Below are positions 1 to 9,717 of a stretch of 64,000 nt of DNA, in pieces (the stretch's first letter is position 1; every line of letters begins with the position of its first letter). Source of the stretch: Patescibacteria group bacterium (GTDB lineage: Bacteria > Patescibacteriota > CPR2 > UBA1875); contig JBGSRK010000011.1 in assembly GCA_041737595.1 (NCBI GenBank), forward strand, positions 2,658 through 66,657, given 5' to 3'. A program made the position numbers and the translations under genes. The notes under the pieces were generated by a model. The model was not told the DNA's origin and did not search any database. It saw nothing but the letters and a program-made list of their open reading frames with translations.

Positions 1-149
1 TATTAAATGAGAAAAATAGTGGGTATGTCATATCATCAATCCATTCACGAGAAGGCACTAGAGTATATTCAAAATCAGTAACTAATGGCGATCCAGATTA
101 TAATGTAAGTGAAGAAGAAAAAAAAGCGATTGAAGTAGCAAAAAAATAA
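1..149 (+). CDS. 3' end of DUF4446-like protein (partial)
   Basis: Frame 3 open from the window edge: LNEKNSGYVISSIHSREGTRVYSKSV...SEEEKKAIEVAKK*, resembling the DUF4446 C-terminus (SIHSRE..R.Y.K). Confidence 0.6.
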   Translation, partial: LNEKNSGYVISSIHSREGTRVYSKSVTNGDPDYNVSEEEKKAIEVAKK

Positions 150-246
150 TAAATTAAATAGAATTGTCATTATTTTAATTACCCCGTAGAATATGAGGGT
201 GAAAAAAATATTAAAAAATAAAAGATGACAAATAAAAGGAGTAAAA

Positions 247-675
247 ATGGTATCAATGTTTGACAAAGGGAAAATTGAAGGGGTAAAAACTGGTGGAGCA
301 GAGACAATAGTTGGGACATCAGTAAAGTTAAAAGGTAATTTAAAAAGCGATGGCGATATTATTATTGATGGTATTGTTACTGGAGAACTAAAAACAAAAG
401 GTTCAGTAATAATTGGACCAAATGCAAATATAATTGCGAATATAAAGGCAAAAGATATAACAGTTTCTGGTTCTGTACAGGGTAATATTGAAGCCACAGA
501 TAGATTAGACATTATGGAAACAGGGCGCGTAATAGGAGATATTTCTGCTAATATTCTTTCAATTTCTGCAGGGGCTTTATTTACTGGTAACTCAAAAATG
601 AATGATTCTCATAGAGAAATAATTCAAGAACCAGTTTTAGAAGAAGAAATCGAAGAAAAAAATGAGGCTAAATAA
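247..675 (+). CDS. Bactofilin / polymer-forming cytoskeletal protein
   Basis: ETIVG..VKLKGNL..DGDIIIDG.V.G beta-helix repeats; AAGGAG SD. Confidence 0.9.
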   Translation: MVSMFDKGKIEGVKTGGAETIVGTSVKLKGNLKSDGDIIIDGIVTGELKTKGSVIIGPNANIIANIKAKDITVSGSVQGNIEATDRLDIMETGRVIGDISANILSISAGALFTGNSKMNDSHREIIQEPVLEEEIEEKNEAK

Positions 676-700
676 AGGTTCTAATTTATAACTTATATTT

Positions 701-1579
701 ATGTATTATTATATTGTAAACCCCGCTGCTGGCGGAGCAAAAATAAATAAAATTCAAGAAAAACTCATCGCAAGACTTAAAAGGCTTGGTATTATGGGTG
801 AATTTGTAAAATCTACTGGAGCAGATGATGTTGCTAAGCTCGCTAAGCTTGGGATAGAAAGAGGCTATAAAACAATTGTCGCTGTTGGTGGTGATGGAAC
901 AATAAATGAAGTCATGAATGCAATAATTGATAATGATAAAATTGTTCTTGGAGTTATCCCAACTGGGACTACAAATGATTTAGCAGACGCACTAGGTATA
1001 AGTGATTGGTATGCCGCTACGGGTATATTAGCTTCTAGAAAAATTGAACAAATTGATTTAGGTAAAATCGCTAATAAATTTTTTGTAACTTCAGTTACAA
1101 TAGGGTTTGATTCAAAAATTTCAGGTTCAAGGCGACTTTCAAGGGGTAATTTTATCGAAAAATCTCGTTATGCTTTCAAAGTATTCACTGAAGCTGCTTC
1201 TTTTAAACCAATTTCTGCTTTTTTAAAATTTGATAATAATTATGAAGCAGAAGCGGATTGTTTTAATATTATAATTTCTAATTCTCAGTTTTCCCCTGCA
1301 ATAAAAAAAGATAAAAAATTAAATGATAATTTACTTAATACAATGATAATTACAAAAATACCCGGAGCTAAAATCTTCAAATATAGCTATCTTGCAGACA
1401 GTTCTGCTATAGATTTACCAAGAATTTCAGTCTTCCGTTCTAAATATATAGATATCACAACTAAAGACCCGGTTGACGTAACGGCAGATGGTCAAATTAT
1501 TACAAAAACACCAGTAAGAATTTCAGTTACAGATAAAAAATTACGAGTAATAGTATCAAGAAAGAGAAAAATAAAATAG
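701..1579 (+). CDS. Diacylglycerol/lipid kinase family (YegS/DagK-like)
   Basis: NPAAG, GGDGTINEV, IPTGTTND and ADGQ motifs. Confidence 0.9.
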   Translation: MYYYIVNPAAGGAKINKIQEKLIARLKRLGIMGEFVKSTGADDVAKLAKLGIERGYKTIVAVGGDGTINEVMNAIIDNDKIVLGVIPTGTTNDLADALGISDWYAATGILASRKIEQIDLGKIANKFFVTSVTIGFDSKISGSRRLSRGNFIEKSRYAFKVFTEAASFKPISAFLKFDNNYEAEADCFNIIISNSQFSPAIKKDKKLNDNLLNTMIITKIPGAKIFKYSYLADSSAIDLPRISVFRSKYIDITTKDPVDVTADGQIITKTPVRISVTDKKLRVIVSRKRKIK

Positions 1580-1632
1580 ACCTTTACGAAAATCATTTTT
1601 TTTGTTAAAATAAGCTCAAGGTAGGAGTAAAT

Positions 1633-2145
1633 ATACAGCAGAAGATTCGGATTAATAATTCTATTAGAGCGCCTAAAGTACGACTTGTTGATGAAGACGG
1701 TGGCCAATTGGGAGTCGTAGGTTTTTCAGAGGCGCTTTTAAAGGCTGAAGAAGTAGGCCTTGATTTAGTTGAGGTTGCACCTAATGTTGACCCTCCTGTT
1801 TGTAAAATTTTAGATTTTGGGAAATTTAAATATGAACAAGAAAAGAAGGTCCAAAAATCTAAAAAGGCTCAAAAAAATCAAGAAATAAAAGGGTTAAGAC
1901 TTTCGGTAAAAATTGGCCAAAATGATTTTGATACTAAACTTCGGAAGGCCAATGTATTTATTGAAAAAGGGAGTAAAGTTGCTTTACAGTTAAGATTTAA
2001 AGGTAGAGAGATGGCTCATAAGGAGCTTGGTGAAAAAGTTTTACGAAAGTTTGTAGAGGCAATGGGCGAAGTTGTAATTGAACAAGAGCCTAAAATGCTA
2101 GGTAGAGGTATGAATATGGTAGTGGCTCCAAAAAAAAATAAATAA
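1633..2145 (+). CDS. infC: Translation initiation factor IF-3 (ATA start)
   Basis: Frame extends upstream of the TTG at 1708 with RINNSIRAPKVRLVD; AGGAG at 1623-1627 precedes ATA at 1633; LDLVEVAP..PPVCKILDFGK and RFKGRE motifs. Confidence 0.95.
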   Translation: MQQKIRINNSIRAPKVRLVDEDGGQLGVVGFSEALLKAEEVGLDLVEVAPNVDPPVCKILDFGKFKYEQEKKVQKSKKAQKNQEIKGLRLSVKIGQNDFDTKLRKANVFIEKGSKVALQLRFKGREMAHKELGEKVLRKFVEAMGEVVIEQEPKMLGRGMNMVVAPKKNK

Positions 2146-2169
2146 TTTTTTTTAAAAATAAGGATTTTG

Positions 2170-2367
2170 ATGAAGAACAAACAAAAAACACACAGTGGCG
2201 CGAAAGATAGATTTAAAATTTCGAGTACTGGTAAAATTAAAAGAAGATCGGCATTTTCTTCTCACCTTTTAGGTGGAAAAAGCCAAGACAGAAAAAGAGG
2301 ATATCGGAAAGATGTTGATGTTGCAAAGGGCGATATTAAAAATGTTAAAAAAATGTTGGGGAAATAA
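2170..2367 (+). CDS. rpmI: 50S ribosomal protein L35
   Basis: KQKTHSGAKDRFKISSTGKI; lies between infC and rplT. Confidence 0.95.
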   Translation: MKNKQKTHSGAKDRFKISSTGKIKRRSAFSSHLLGGKSQDRKRGYRKDVDVAKGDIKNVKKMLGK

Positions 2368-2380
2368 ATAAAGGAAATAT

Positions 2381-2725
2381 ATGAGAATTAAAGGCGGAAC
2401 AGTTACAAAAAGAAAACATAAAAAAGTACTTGCAGCAACCAAGGGTATGCGAGATATGCGCAAGAGGAGCGTTAGACGTGCAAAGGAAGCTATTCTTAAA
2501 GCAGGTTCTAATGCATATATTGATAGAAAAAGAAAAAAGAGAGATTTTAGAACCCTCTGGAATATTAGAATAAATGCTGCAGTGCGTAAATTTGGGATGT
2601 CATATTCAAAATTTATCGGAGCATTGAAATCTAAAAATATTGAAATTGATCGTAAAATACTTGCAGAAATCGCAGCAGAAAAACCTGATGTTTTTGAAAA
2701 AATAATAGAGAAAGTAAAAAGCTAA
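2381..2725 (+). CDS. rplT: 50S ribosomal protein L20
   Basis: MRIKGG...AYIDRKRKKRDFRTLWNIRINAA...IDRKILAEIA. Confidence 0.97.
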   Translation: MRIKGGTVTKRKHKKVLAATKGMRDMRKRSVRRAKEAILKAGSNAYIDRKRKKRDFRTLWNIRINAAVRKFGMSYSKFIGALKSKNIEIDRKILAEIAAEKPDVFEKIIEKVKS

Positions 2726-2907
2726 TGAAAATTCTAGAAGTTAAATGTAAAGATTGCAAAGCTGCTTATGAAACACTTGAAAACATTCCGCGTGATGGCC
2801 TTGCTTGTCCTGCATGTGGCTCTAAAGAATTAGGTTTTAATAAAACAGATAAGGAATTTAACGCTTGTAGTGGAGGCGGATGCAGTACCTGTGATAGTTG
2901 TCATTAA
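2725..2907 (+). CDS. Small zinc-ribbon protein (FmdB-like)
   Basis: CKDC...CPACGS plus C-terminal CSGGGCSTCDSC; TAATG overlap with rplT. Confidence 0.7.
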   Translation: MKILEVKCKDCKAAYETLENIPRDGLACPACGSKELGFNKTDKEFNACSGGGCSTCDSCH

Positions 2908-2920
2908 ATAATAAATTACT

Positions 2921-2949
2921 AAAAACCCACTCATAAGAGTGGGTTTTTT
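2921..2949. terminator. Bidirectional intrinsic terminator
   Basis: aaaacccactc-ataa-gagtgggtttttt between the convergent rplT operon and rnpB. Confidence 0.85.
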
Positions 2950-2950
2950 G

Positions 2951-3376
2951 ATTGTCTAGTTAATCTGTAAGCCGGGTTCTGTTCGTTTCTTGCTTTAAAA
3001 CAAGAAATCTGTCGATCATCTATCTATGCGACAGGATCTTTCACATAAAGCCAAGATTAAAGCCTTTTCAAACATTATAGAGCATTAAGAGACGTTTCCG
3101 TCCCATAAAACACATGTTTGATCATATGAACGACCCACCTGTCTTGCACCGAATAGGGTTTACCTCCCATTATTGTCACCAATAATGGCTGTGAGCTCTT
3201 ACCTCACTCTTTTCAACCTTACTGCATTGTCCAAAGACAATGTTTAGCGGTATAGTTTCTGTGGCACTTTCCCTACTCTTCCGAGCGGTTGCCGTTAGCA
3301 ACTATTCTAATCTTTTGGTGCCCGGACTTTCCTCTCTAAATAAAATTTAGGGCGATCGACCGATTAACTAGACAAT
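2951..3376 (-). ncRNA. rnpB: RNase P RNA
   Basis: Minus strand has GAGGAAAGTCCGGGC, AGTGCCACAGAAA and ACAGAACCCGGCTTA; P1 formed by terminal ATTGTCTAGTTAATC / GATTAACTAGACAAT. Confidence 0.97.
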
Positions 3377-3473
3377 ATATATTATATCATAATATATACA
3401 ATTAATCAACCTTAAATAAAACTGAACCTTTATTCTTTACCGAAAATTCTTTATAATAAAGCAAGGAGGGGAA

Positions 3474-4424
3474 TTGAAAAATTCAGAAATTAGAAAAGAT
3501 TATTTTTTAGATAAATATGTAATTATTGCTCCTAAAAGGAAAAATAAACCCAAAAAGGTAGCCAATATAGACGATAGTAGTCCTTCGAGTTGTTATTTTT
3601 GTAGCCCACAGGTTGATGATCCAAAGAATCAAATACAAATAAAAAATTATAATTTTGGAGAACATTCTTGGAGAATAAAAGTTATTGGAAATCTATATCC
3701 AGCCCTTTCTAAAGATAATATTAAAGCTTATGGATACCAGGAGGTAATTATTGAAACTCCTGAACATAATAAAGAAATACATGAACTTTCAAATGATCAA
3801 ATGCATAAAATTTTTGATGTATATATAGATAGATATAAAACCTTAATGCAGAAAAAAGGTATTTGTTATGTTGTAGTTTTCAAAAATGAAGGGGGTAAGG
3901 CAGGAGCATCAATACCACATGCCCATTCGCAGGTATATGCTCTCCCAATTATTCCCCCAAGAATTTCAGCTGAAGCAGATGCCGCTGATAATTATTTCCA
4001 AAAACATAAATCTTGTCCTTATTGTGACATTATAAAAAGTGAAAAAGATGGCCCCAGGGTTATTTGGGAAGATGAACATTTGTTTGTACTCGCACCGTAT
4101 GCTTCGGAGTCTCCTTATGGTGCTTGGTTTTTACCAAAAAGACACATAAGATCAATTCTAGATTTAAGAGAAGTGGAAAAAGATTCTTTCGTAAGAGCAT
4201 TGAAATCATTACTTACAAAATTAGACGAGATAGATGTTTCTTATAATTATTTTTTCCAAAACTCATTAGATAATGAATCTCATCATCTAATTTTAAAATT
4301 AGCCCCAAGACCAAATGTTTGGGGAGGGCTTGAGCTTGATACTGGTATAATTGTAAATCCAATGCCACCAGAAGAAGCAGTCAAATTTTATCAAAAAGGG
4401 ATCGGAGCTCAGTCAAATCTATAA
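3474..4424 (+). CDS. galT: Galactose-1-phosphate uridylyltransferase-like (GalT/HIT family)
   Basis: FKNEGGKAGASIPHAHSQ (HxHxQ); CYFC and CPYC zinc sites; AGGAGGGG SD before TTG. Confidence 0.85.
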   Translation: MKNSEIRKDYFLDKYVIIAPKRKNKPKKVANIDDSSPSSCYFCSPQVDDPKNQIQIKNYNFGEHSWRIKVIGNLYPALSKDNIKAYGYQEVIIETPEHNKEIHELSNDQMHKIFDVYIDRYKTLMQKKGICYVVVFKNEGGKAGASIPHAHSQVYALPIIPPRISAEADAADNYFQKHKSCPYCDIIKSEKDGPRVIWEDEHLFVLAPYASESPYGAWFLPKRHIRSILDLREVEKDSFVRALKSLLTKLDEIDVSYNYFFQNSLDNESHHLILKLAPRPNVWGGLELDTGIIVNPMPPEEAVKFYQKGIGAQSNL

Positions 4425-4427
4425 TCA

Positions 4428-4456
4428 AAAAACTCGCCAATTGAGGCGAGTTTTTT
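4428..4456. terminator. Bidirectional intrinsic terminator
   Basis: aaaaactcgcc-aattga-ggcgagtttttt between convergent genes. Confidence 0.85.
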
Positions 4457-4474
4457 GATTTTTTGTTTTGATTT

Positions 4475-5137
4475 TTATAAGTTCTTTTTTAATCTTGCGA
4501 TAACTTCTTTTGCTGCATCTTGTCCACCAAGACCAAAGGCTAAACCTCCGGCAATAGCAAGCATTGCAAAAAAAGCTGTAACCATTGTGCTAATTATTGC
4601 AGTTGCAATCCCTAGCTCTAAAAGAGCTGCGAGAACAACGAATACAACAACAGCCCATCTTGTTACATCAGCAGCAATAGCTGCAGTTGTAGCTCCGATT
4701 GTTTGAGCTGTTGATTCAACTACTCGTGAAAGTAAGTCAGCAACAACTACACCAACCATAACTATAACCACTGCAACAACTACGCTAGGCATATATTCTA
4801 CAACAGAAGCTGTAAGATCGCCGACACGTTTTAGACCAAGAATTTCAGAAGCTGGAACAAGAGACGTAATGATAATAATCCATTTTGCCAAATCTCCTAA
4901 AAGTTCTGGTAAGTCTAATTTTGCTGCAAATACTTTATTTAGACCGATTGCATCTGTATAAGGTTTAAGTTTGATAAACTTTAACACTCTTACAAGTACA
5001 ACTTTGACGGCCCAAGCAACAAGAACACCTAATAAAACAACGACCAAAGCACCAAGTATCTCAGGGATGTAATTTACTACATCTGTAAGAGATGCTTTAA
5101 CGGCGTCAGTCGTTAATGTTGTCCATTCTTTTAACAT
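4475..5137 (-). CDS. Conserved TM-helix repeat membrane protein (MscS N-terminal-like)
   Basis: Two YIP.I.A..V...G repeats and C-terminal GLAFGLGGQDAA; GGAGGTG SD before ATG at 5137. Confidence 0.8.
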   Translation of the reverse strand: MLKEWTTLTTDAVKASLTDVVNYIPEILGALVVVLLGVLVAWAVKVVLVRVLKFIKLKPYTDAIGLNKVFAAKLDLPELLGDLAKWIIIITSLVPASEILGLKRVGDLTASVVEYMPSVVVAVVIVMVGVVVADLLSRVVESTAQTIGATTAAIAADVTRWAVVVFVVLAALLELGIATAIISTMVTAFFAMLAIAGGLAFGLGGQDAAKEVIARLKKNL

Positions 5138-5361
5138 TTTATTCACCTCCTTTCCTATTGACTTGGAGACCAAATCGAGATTTCTCTCGTAAATACCCTC
5201 CACGAGGGCCCCCTACTAAATCAATTTTAGCAAACAATCATAGATAAAAGCAAATTAAAATATTAAATAAAACTTTTATAAATAAATTGTTGATTACAAC
5301 GATGTAATTATAAAAATATTTCATTAAAATTAAATTATAACTTAAGTAAGAGGTAGATATT

Positions 5362-5649
5362 ATGGGTAGTATATTAAGTTGGATAATAATAGGTCTTTTG
5401 GCGGGTTTGTTTGTGAACTATATATTTAAAAAACAAAAAAAATATTTCATCGGTACTATTTTAGCAGCGATTGTTGGGAGTTTTGTTTCTGGTTTAGTTT
5501 ATAGCGCACTTAAATTTGGCGAATTATTAAATTTTATAGATCAAACTTCACTTATAGTGGCGTTATTTGGTTCTATATTTATATTATATATAATTAACTC
5601 TTTAATATATGGAGAAGATAAAGAGATAGAAAAATTTAGCAATTTTTAG
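5362..5649 (+). CDS. GlsB/YeaQ/YmgE-like small membrane protein
   Basis: ILSWIIIGLLAG...IVGSFVSG pattern; GAGGT SD. Confidence 0.7.
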   Translation: MGSILSWIIIGLLAGLFVNYIFKKQKKYFIGTILAAIVGSFVSGLVYSALKFGELLNFIDQTSLIVALFGSIFILYIINSLIYGEDKEIEKFSNF

Positions 5650-6796
5650 ATTTAGGGCTATATAGCAATATACCTAATTTAATTTGGATAGCATCAGAAA
5701 ATTTCCTTGGGTCAAGCCCAATTTCTTTTTTTATTTTATCAAGACGATAAATAAGAGTATTACGATGTAAATGTAATTTTTTTGAAGCAATAGTTAAATT
5801 CATATCTGAGTTTAAAAATATTTCAACCGTTTTATATAGGCTTGGTTCATCAAATAATTTGCCTATGATTTGGTGAGCGAGTTCACACTTTCTTTCAACG
5901 GTTATATTACTTGATAAGGCCATATACATGCCCACATCAGTTATATGATATATTTTTTCATCTCCCCAAATTTTTTTTCCTAAGGTTAAAGAAGATTGGG
6001 CATCCATAAATGATTTTCTTAAACCTGAAAGTCCAGGATAATATTGACCAACCCCTATAGTAGGAGTTATTCCTGTATATTTTTTTATTGTTTCACTAAT
6101 ATATTTAGCTTTAGATTTATAAAAATTTACTGTATTTAGGGTGTTAATTTGTCCTTTGGCCCACTTTAAAACGATAAACTTATTAGGTCCAAAACAGGTA
6201 AAAATATTTTGTTCATAATTTTTAAATGACATTTTTAAATCTGAAATTATTTTTTTACATTCTTTGTTAATTAAAATATCAATTTTATCCTTTTGCATTG
6301 TATTAAATTTTTTATAGAAGTTTTTATATAAACCAGGGACTTCAATTATTAACACTGCTTGTTGTGATCTTAGGTTAAGCCCCAGAATATCTGCTTTATC
6401 TATCGCCTGGTCAAAATTTTTTATTACATCTGTCTCAAGTAATTCCTTAATAAATGTACTTTTAGGATTATTGTATTTAATTGATTGTTCTTTTAAAAAT
6501 GTTTCATAAGATATTTCATTTATTAGCCCATCAAGAAGTTCTATTTGATTATCTATACTTTTTTTATTTATTTTAATACCAATTGTCCCAAGTGTGACAT
6601 TATTTATAACTATTGGTTTCCAATAAATATTATCTTTTTGTTTAATGATTGATTTTTCAGCAACTCTTTTTGCTATTTCAAAATATTTTCCGTTCCCATC
6701 TATCTCAACACCACTTGTTTCAGTAATAGTATAAATATTACTTATTACGGATTTAACTAATTTTGAAATACTGTATATATCAAATGAATTATCCAT
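5636..6796 (-). CDS. CdaR/PucR-family transcriptional regulator
   Basis: TIGVG...GLRKSF..A middle domain and C-terminal LHLHRNTLIYRLDKI..IGLDP HTH. Confidence 0.9.
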   Translation of the reverse strand: MDNSFDIYSISKLVKSVISNIYTITETSGVEIDGNGKYFEIAKRVAEKSIIKQKDNIYWKPIVINNVTLGTIGIKINKKSIDNQIELLDGLINEISYETFLKEQSIKYNNPKSTFIKELLETDVIKNFDQAIDKADILGLNLRSQQAVLIIEVPGLYKNFYKKFNTMQKDKIDILINKECKKIISDLKMSFKNYEQNIFTCFGPNKFIVLKWAKGQINTLNTVNFYKSKAKYISETIKKYTGITPTIGVGQYYPGLSGLRKSFMDAQSSLTLGKKIWGDEKIYHITDVGMYMALSSNITVERKCELAHQIIGKLFDEPSLYKTVEIFLNSDMNLTIASKKLHLHRNTLIYRLDKIKKEIGLDPRKFSDAIQIKLGILLYSPKSKNC

Positions 6797-7901
6797 TATA
6801 TTTCTCCATTAGAAGTGCCATTTGTAGTTCAAAGGCGTCATTGAATGACCTTGGATCAAGGCCTGTTAAATTTAATATTCTCTCAAGTCTATAAACTAAG
6901 GTATTTCGATGTATTTTTAATTTTTTTGACGTCGCAGAAAGGGAAAGATCGTTTCTTAAATATTCTTTAAGCGAATTTAAAAGTTCTTTATTTGACGCAA
7001 TTTTATTTATTAAATTTTTTGATATTTTTATGTTATTTTCGTTAACACCGGAAAAAAGGGGCGCCACAACACCAAAACTATCAAAATGAAATATTTTATT
7101 TTCACCCCAAATTTGTTTTCCAAATGATAAAGCTGTTTTAGATTCCTCATAACTCTCTTTTAAACCAGCTATACCTGGTTGAAACCCACCTACACCAATT
7201 GTAATATTAGTACGTAATTCATCTTTTATCACAAAATAAAGAGAATTAAGGGTTTTTTTAAATTCATTTTGATAAGTTAATGGTTCATCCCCCATATCTT
7301 TAAATATTAAAAAATTACCACTACCTAAATAAGTAATAATATTATTTTTATGATGAGTATAAAAAGAGTTTAAGACATTCTGGATAGATCTTTTAACTCG
7401 AGTAATCTTTTTCTCTCTTTCACCCTCAATAACTTCTTTATTAAATAAAAATAAATATTCAGGCTCCTCAATCTCTACATACATTGCCAGTCTTGGTAAA
7501 TTTAAATCTATACCAAAAGAATTTAAAACTCTATTAAAATCCTTTTGGGTCATATTTTCAGTATTTAAATAATCATATACTATCTGATCTAATCTTTTTT
7601 CGTCTGAAGTTAGAAGATTAGAATAATATATTTGTTGAATAATTAATTCAGCCATAGATTTCAAGACACCACCAATTTCTTTTATTGTGCTTCTATTTTC
7701 ATCAAAATATAGATAGCCAATTTTTTTTCTTTCATAAAAAAGTGGTAATGAGCGATGGCTTTTAATATCAAGTGGACTATGTTCTATAGAAAAATCTTTA
7801 GTTGCTGCAATAATATTCCCAAGTGTGTCACAAGCGGCACATTTTTTATTTGAAAATCGCGATATATTATTGACAATTTTTTCACCCAATTCTTTGTCCA
7901 T
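6789..7901 (-). CDS. CdaR/PucR-family transcriptional regulator
   Basis: N-terminal CDTLGNIIAA sensor-like segment; LKIHRNTLVYRLERI..LTGLDP HTH. Confidence 0.9.
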   Translation of the reverse strand: MDKELGEKIVNNISRFSNKKCAACDTLGNIIAATKDFSIEHSPLDIKSHRSLPLFYERKKIGYLYFDENRSTIKEIGGVLKSMAELIIQQIYYSNLLTSDEKRLDQIVYDYLNTENMTQKDFNRVLNSFGIDLNLPRLAMYVEIEEPEYLFLFNKEVIEGEREKKITRVKRSIQNVLNSFYTHHKNNIITYLGSGNFLIFKDMGDEPLTYQNEFKKTLNSLYFVIKDELRTNITIGVGGFQPGIAGLKESYEESKTALSFGKQIWGENKIFHFDSFGVVAPLFSGVNENNIKISKNLINKIASNKELLNSLKEYLRNDLSLSATSKKLKIHRNTLVYRLERILNLTGLDPRSFNDAFELQMALLMEKYNG

Positions 7902-8030
7902 TTGTAAACTCCAACAAGTTCAAATAATACTTCTTTGTAATAGTTTACAAATATTAGCACTTAAGTATATATTTGTAAAGATTTTCTGTGGACAAACTAA
8001 GCTTAATATATTAAAATTACCTAGTCTTAA

Positions 8031-8107
8031 GGGTGGTTAGCTCAGTTGGCTAGAGCGTCGCGTTGACATCGCGGAGGTCACAGGTTCGAGCCCTGTACCA
8101 CCCACCA
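8031..8107 (+). tRNA. tRNA-Val(GAC)
   Basis: GGGTGGT/ACCACCC acceptor stem, anticodon loop TTGACAT, GTTCGAG T-loop, encoded CCA. Confidence 0.97.
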
Positions 8108-8228
8108 TAAATATCTGGGCGAGAAGTTTATCCGCCAACCGGCGGAAGCCCTGTACCACCCACCATAAATATCTGGGCGAGAAGTTTATCCGCCAACCGG
8201 CGGAAGCCCTGTACCACCCACCATAAAT
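8089..8228 (+). repeat. 58-bp tandem repeat containing the tRNA-Val 3' end (2.4 copies)
   Basis: agccctgtaccacccaccataaat at 8089, 8147 and 8205, separated by identical spacers containing tccgcc-aacc-ggcgga. Confidence 0.95.
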
Positions 8229-8273
8229 TTTTATAAAATTTCTAATAGTGTATAATAATTTATAGGAGAATTA

Positions 8274-9167
8274 ATGCCTTTTTCAGAAATTATCGAAAAA
8301 TCATTTAAATATCCATGGAAGAATAGATCACTTTGGTTTTATGGTATTCTAATTGCCCTCCTAACAGGGGGAGTGAATACTTCAAATTATATTGATCCCT
8401 CATCGAAGGAATTTAGTAATTTTACAAAAAATATTCCTTCAATTTCTAATATAAGTTCGAGTACCTGGGTTCTTGTGGGAACAGTTTTTGTAGTTCTAAT
8501 TTTTGGTCTGATTATACTTTCTATAATTGTTACTAATTGGTCAGAAGTTGCTATTAATAGAGGAGTTGAGCAATTAGAAAAAGGCAAAAAGATTGAAAGA
8601 AAAAAGATTGGGAAAACAGGTAAACAAGTAATTTGGAGAATGATAATGTTAAATCTGATAATACCTACTTTAATAGTTTTGGCGCTAATTTTAACTATTA
8701 TTCTTAGTATTATTCTGTTCTCAATTATCCCAAAACCACTTGGTTTATATTTAGGGCTAATTGTAGGAGTGATGTTCGCTATTATTTTGTTAATATTTAT
8801 TTGTTATATATCAGTTATTTGGCCTATGGCAAGCCGATTTGTGAGTAATGATGGGTTAAGGGCAATAGAATCATTAAAACTGTCAATTAAATTGATTAAA
8901 AGTAATTATTGGATCAGTTTTGGTTTTAATATTGTGCTCGCAATGATTTCTGGGATGGGAACATTCGTTATTTTTCTTCCAATGCTTGTAATGATTTTAG
9001 CTGCCTTCGCTTTATTTATGGCTAAAATTTATATTGGAGTAATTATCCTATCTATTTTAGCTTTTGTTTATTTAATCCCACTTATTATTGCTGAAGGATA
9101 TTTTCTTACATTTCAAAAAACCGGTCAAACCCTTTGGTGGCTTGAACTTAAAAAACTTAAAAAATAA
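8274..9167 (+). CDS. Multi-pass membrane protein, unknown function
   Basis: WKNRSLWFYGILIALLTGG N-terminus; several hydrophobic helices; AGGAG SD. Confidence 0.75.
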   Translation: MPFSEIIEKSFKYPWKNRSLWFYGILIALLTGGVNTSNYIDPSSKEFSNFTKNIPSISNISSSTWVLVGTVFVVLIFGLIILSIIVTNWSEVAINRGVEQLEKGKKIERKKIGKTGKQVIWRMIMLNLIIPTLIVLALILTIILSIILFSIIPKPLGLYLGLIVGVMFAIILLIFICYISVIWPMASRFVSNDGLRAIESLKLSIKLIKSNYWISFGFNIVLAMISGMGTFVIFLPMLVMILAAFALFMAKIYIGVIILSILAFVYLIPLIIAEGYFLTFQKTGQTLWWLELKKLKK

Positions 9168-9542
9168 TTATTTTGCGTATTTATTTACTATTTTAATAAT
9201 GTCTTCGATTTTTAATTCTATCTTCATTAAAAATTCGACTGCACCTAGTTTTTTTGCTCTTTCACGATCATCTTCATTCCCCTTAGAATTAGTAAGAATA
9301 AGGACTGGAATATTTTTAGTGTCGTCAGAACTTTTAAGGGTTTTTAGCACGTCCCAACCTGTCATTCCTGGCATAGCAATATCAAGGAGTATAACAGACG
9401 GCTTTTCATTTTTTGCAATTTTTAAACCATCTTCACCACTGCCAGCAATTAAAGTTTGGTAACCATCATCATGTAGATGAAGAGAAAACATTTGAGTCAT
9501 AAAAGGTGAGTCATCAATTATTAATACTTTTTTCTTATTCAT
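9168..9542 (-). CDS. Single-domain response regulator (receiver)
   Basis: VLIIDD, LLDIAMPGMTG, ILTNS and FLMK motifs. Confidence 0.92.
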   Translation of the reverse strand: MNKKKVLIIDDSPFMTQMFSLHLHDDGYQTLIAGSGEDGLKIAKNEKPSVILLDIAMPGMTGWDVLKTLKSSDDTKNIPVLILTNSKGNEDDRERAKKLGAVEFLMKIELKIEDIIKIVNKYAK

Positions 9543-9717
9543 AATAAACTCATTATGTTATAATTTATGAAGTATTTCAAGAAAGATTTTATGAAATGTC
9601 AAAATTATTAACTGGTTTAGCTCAAACTAGTTTTAAATAGGTAAATAATATAGATATACTTTGAGATATCGGGGCTAAAATAGCTTAATTACAATTAGAA
9701 ATTGCAAGGAGAAAAAA

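Noticed and set aside
8089-8228. Mini-CRISPR or additional tRNA genes
   Set aside because: The repeat is only the tRNA 3' end, the spacers are identical, and no cloverleaf can form
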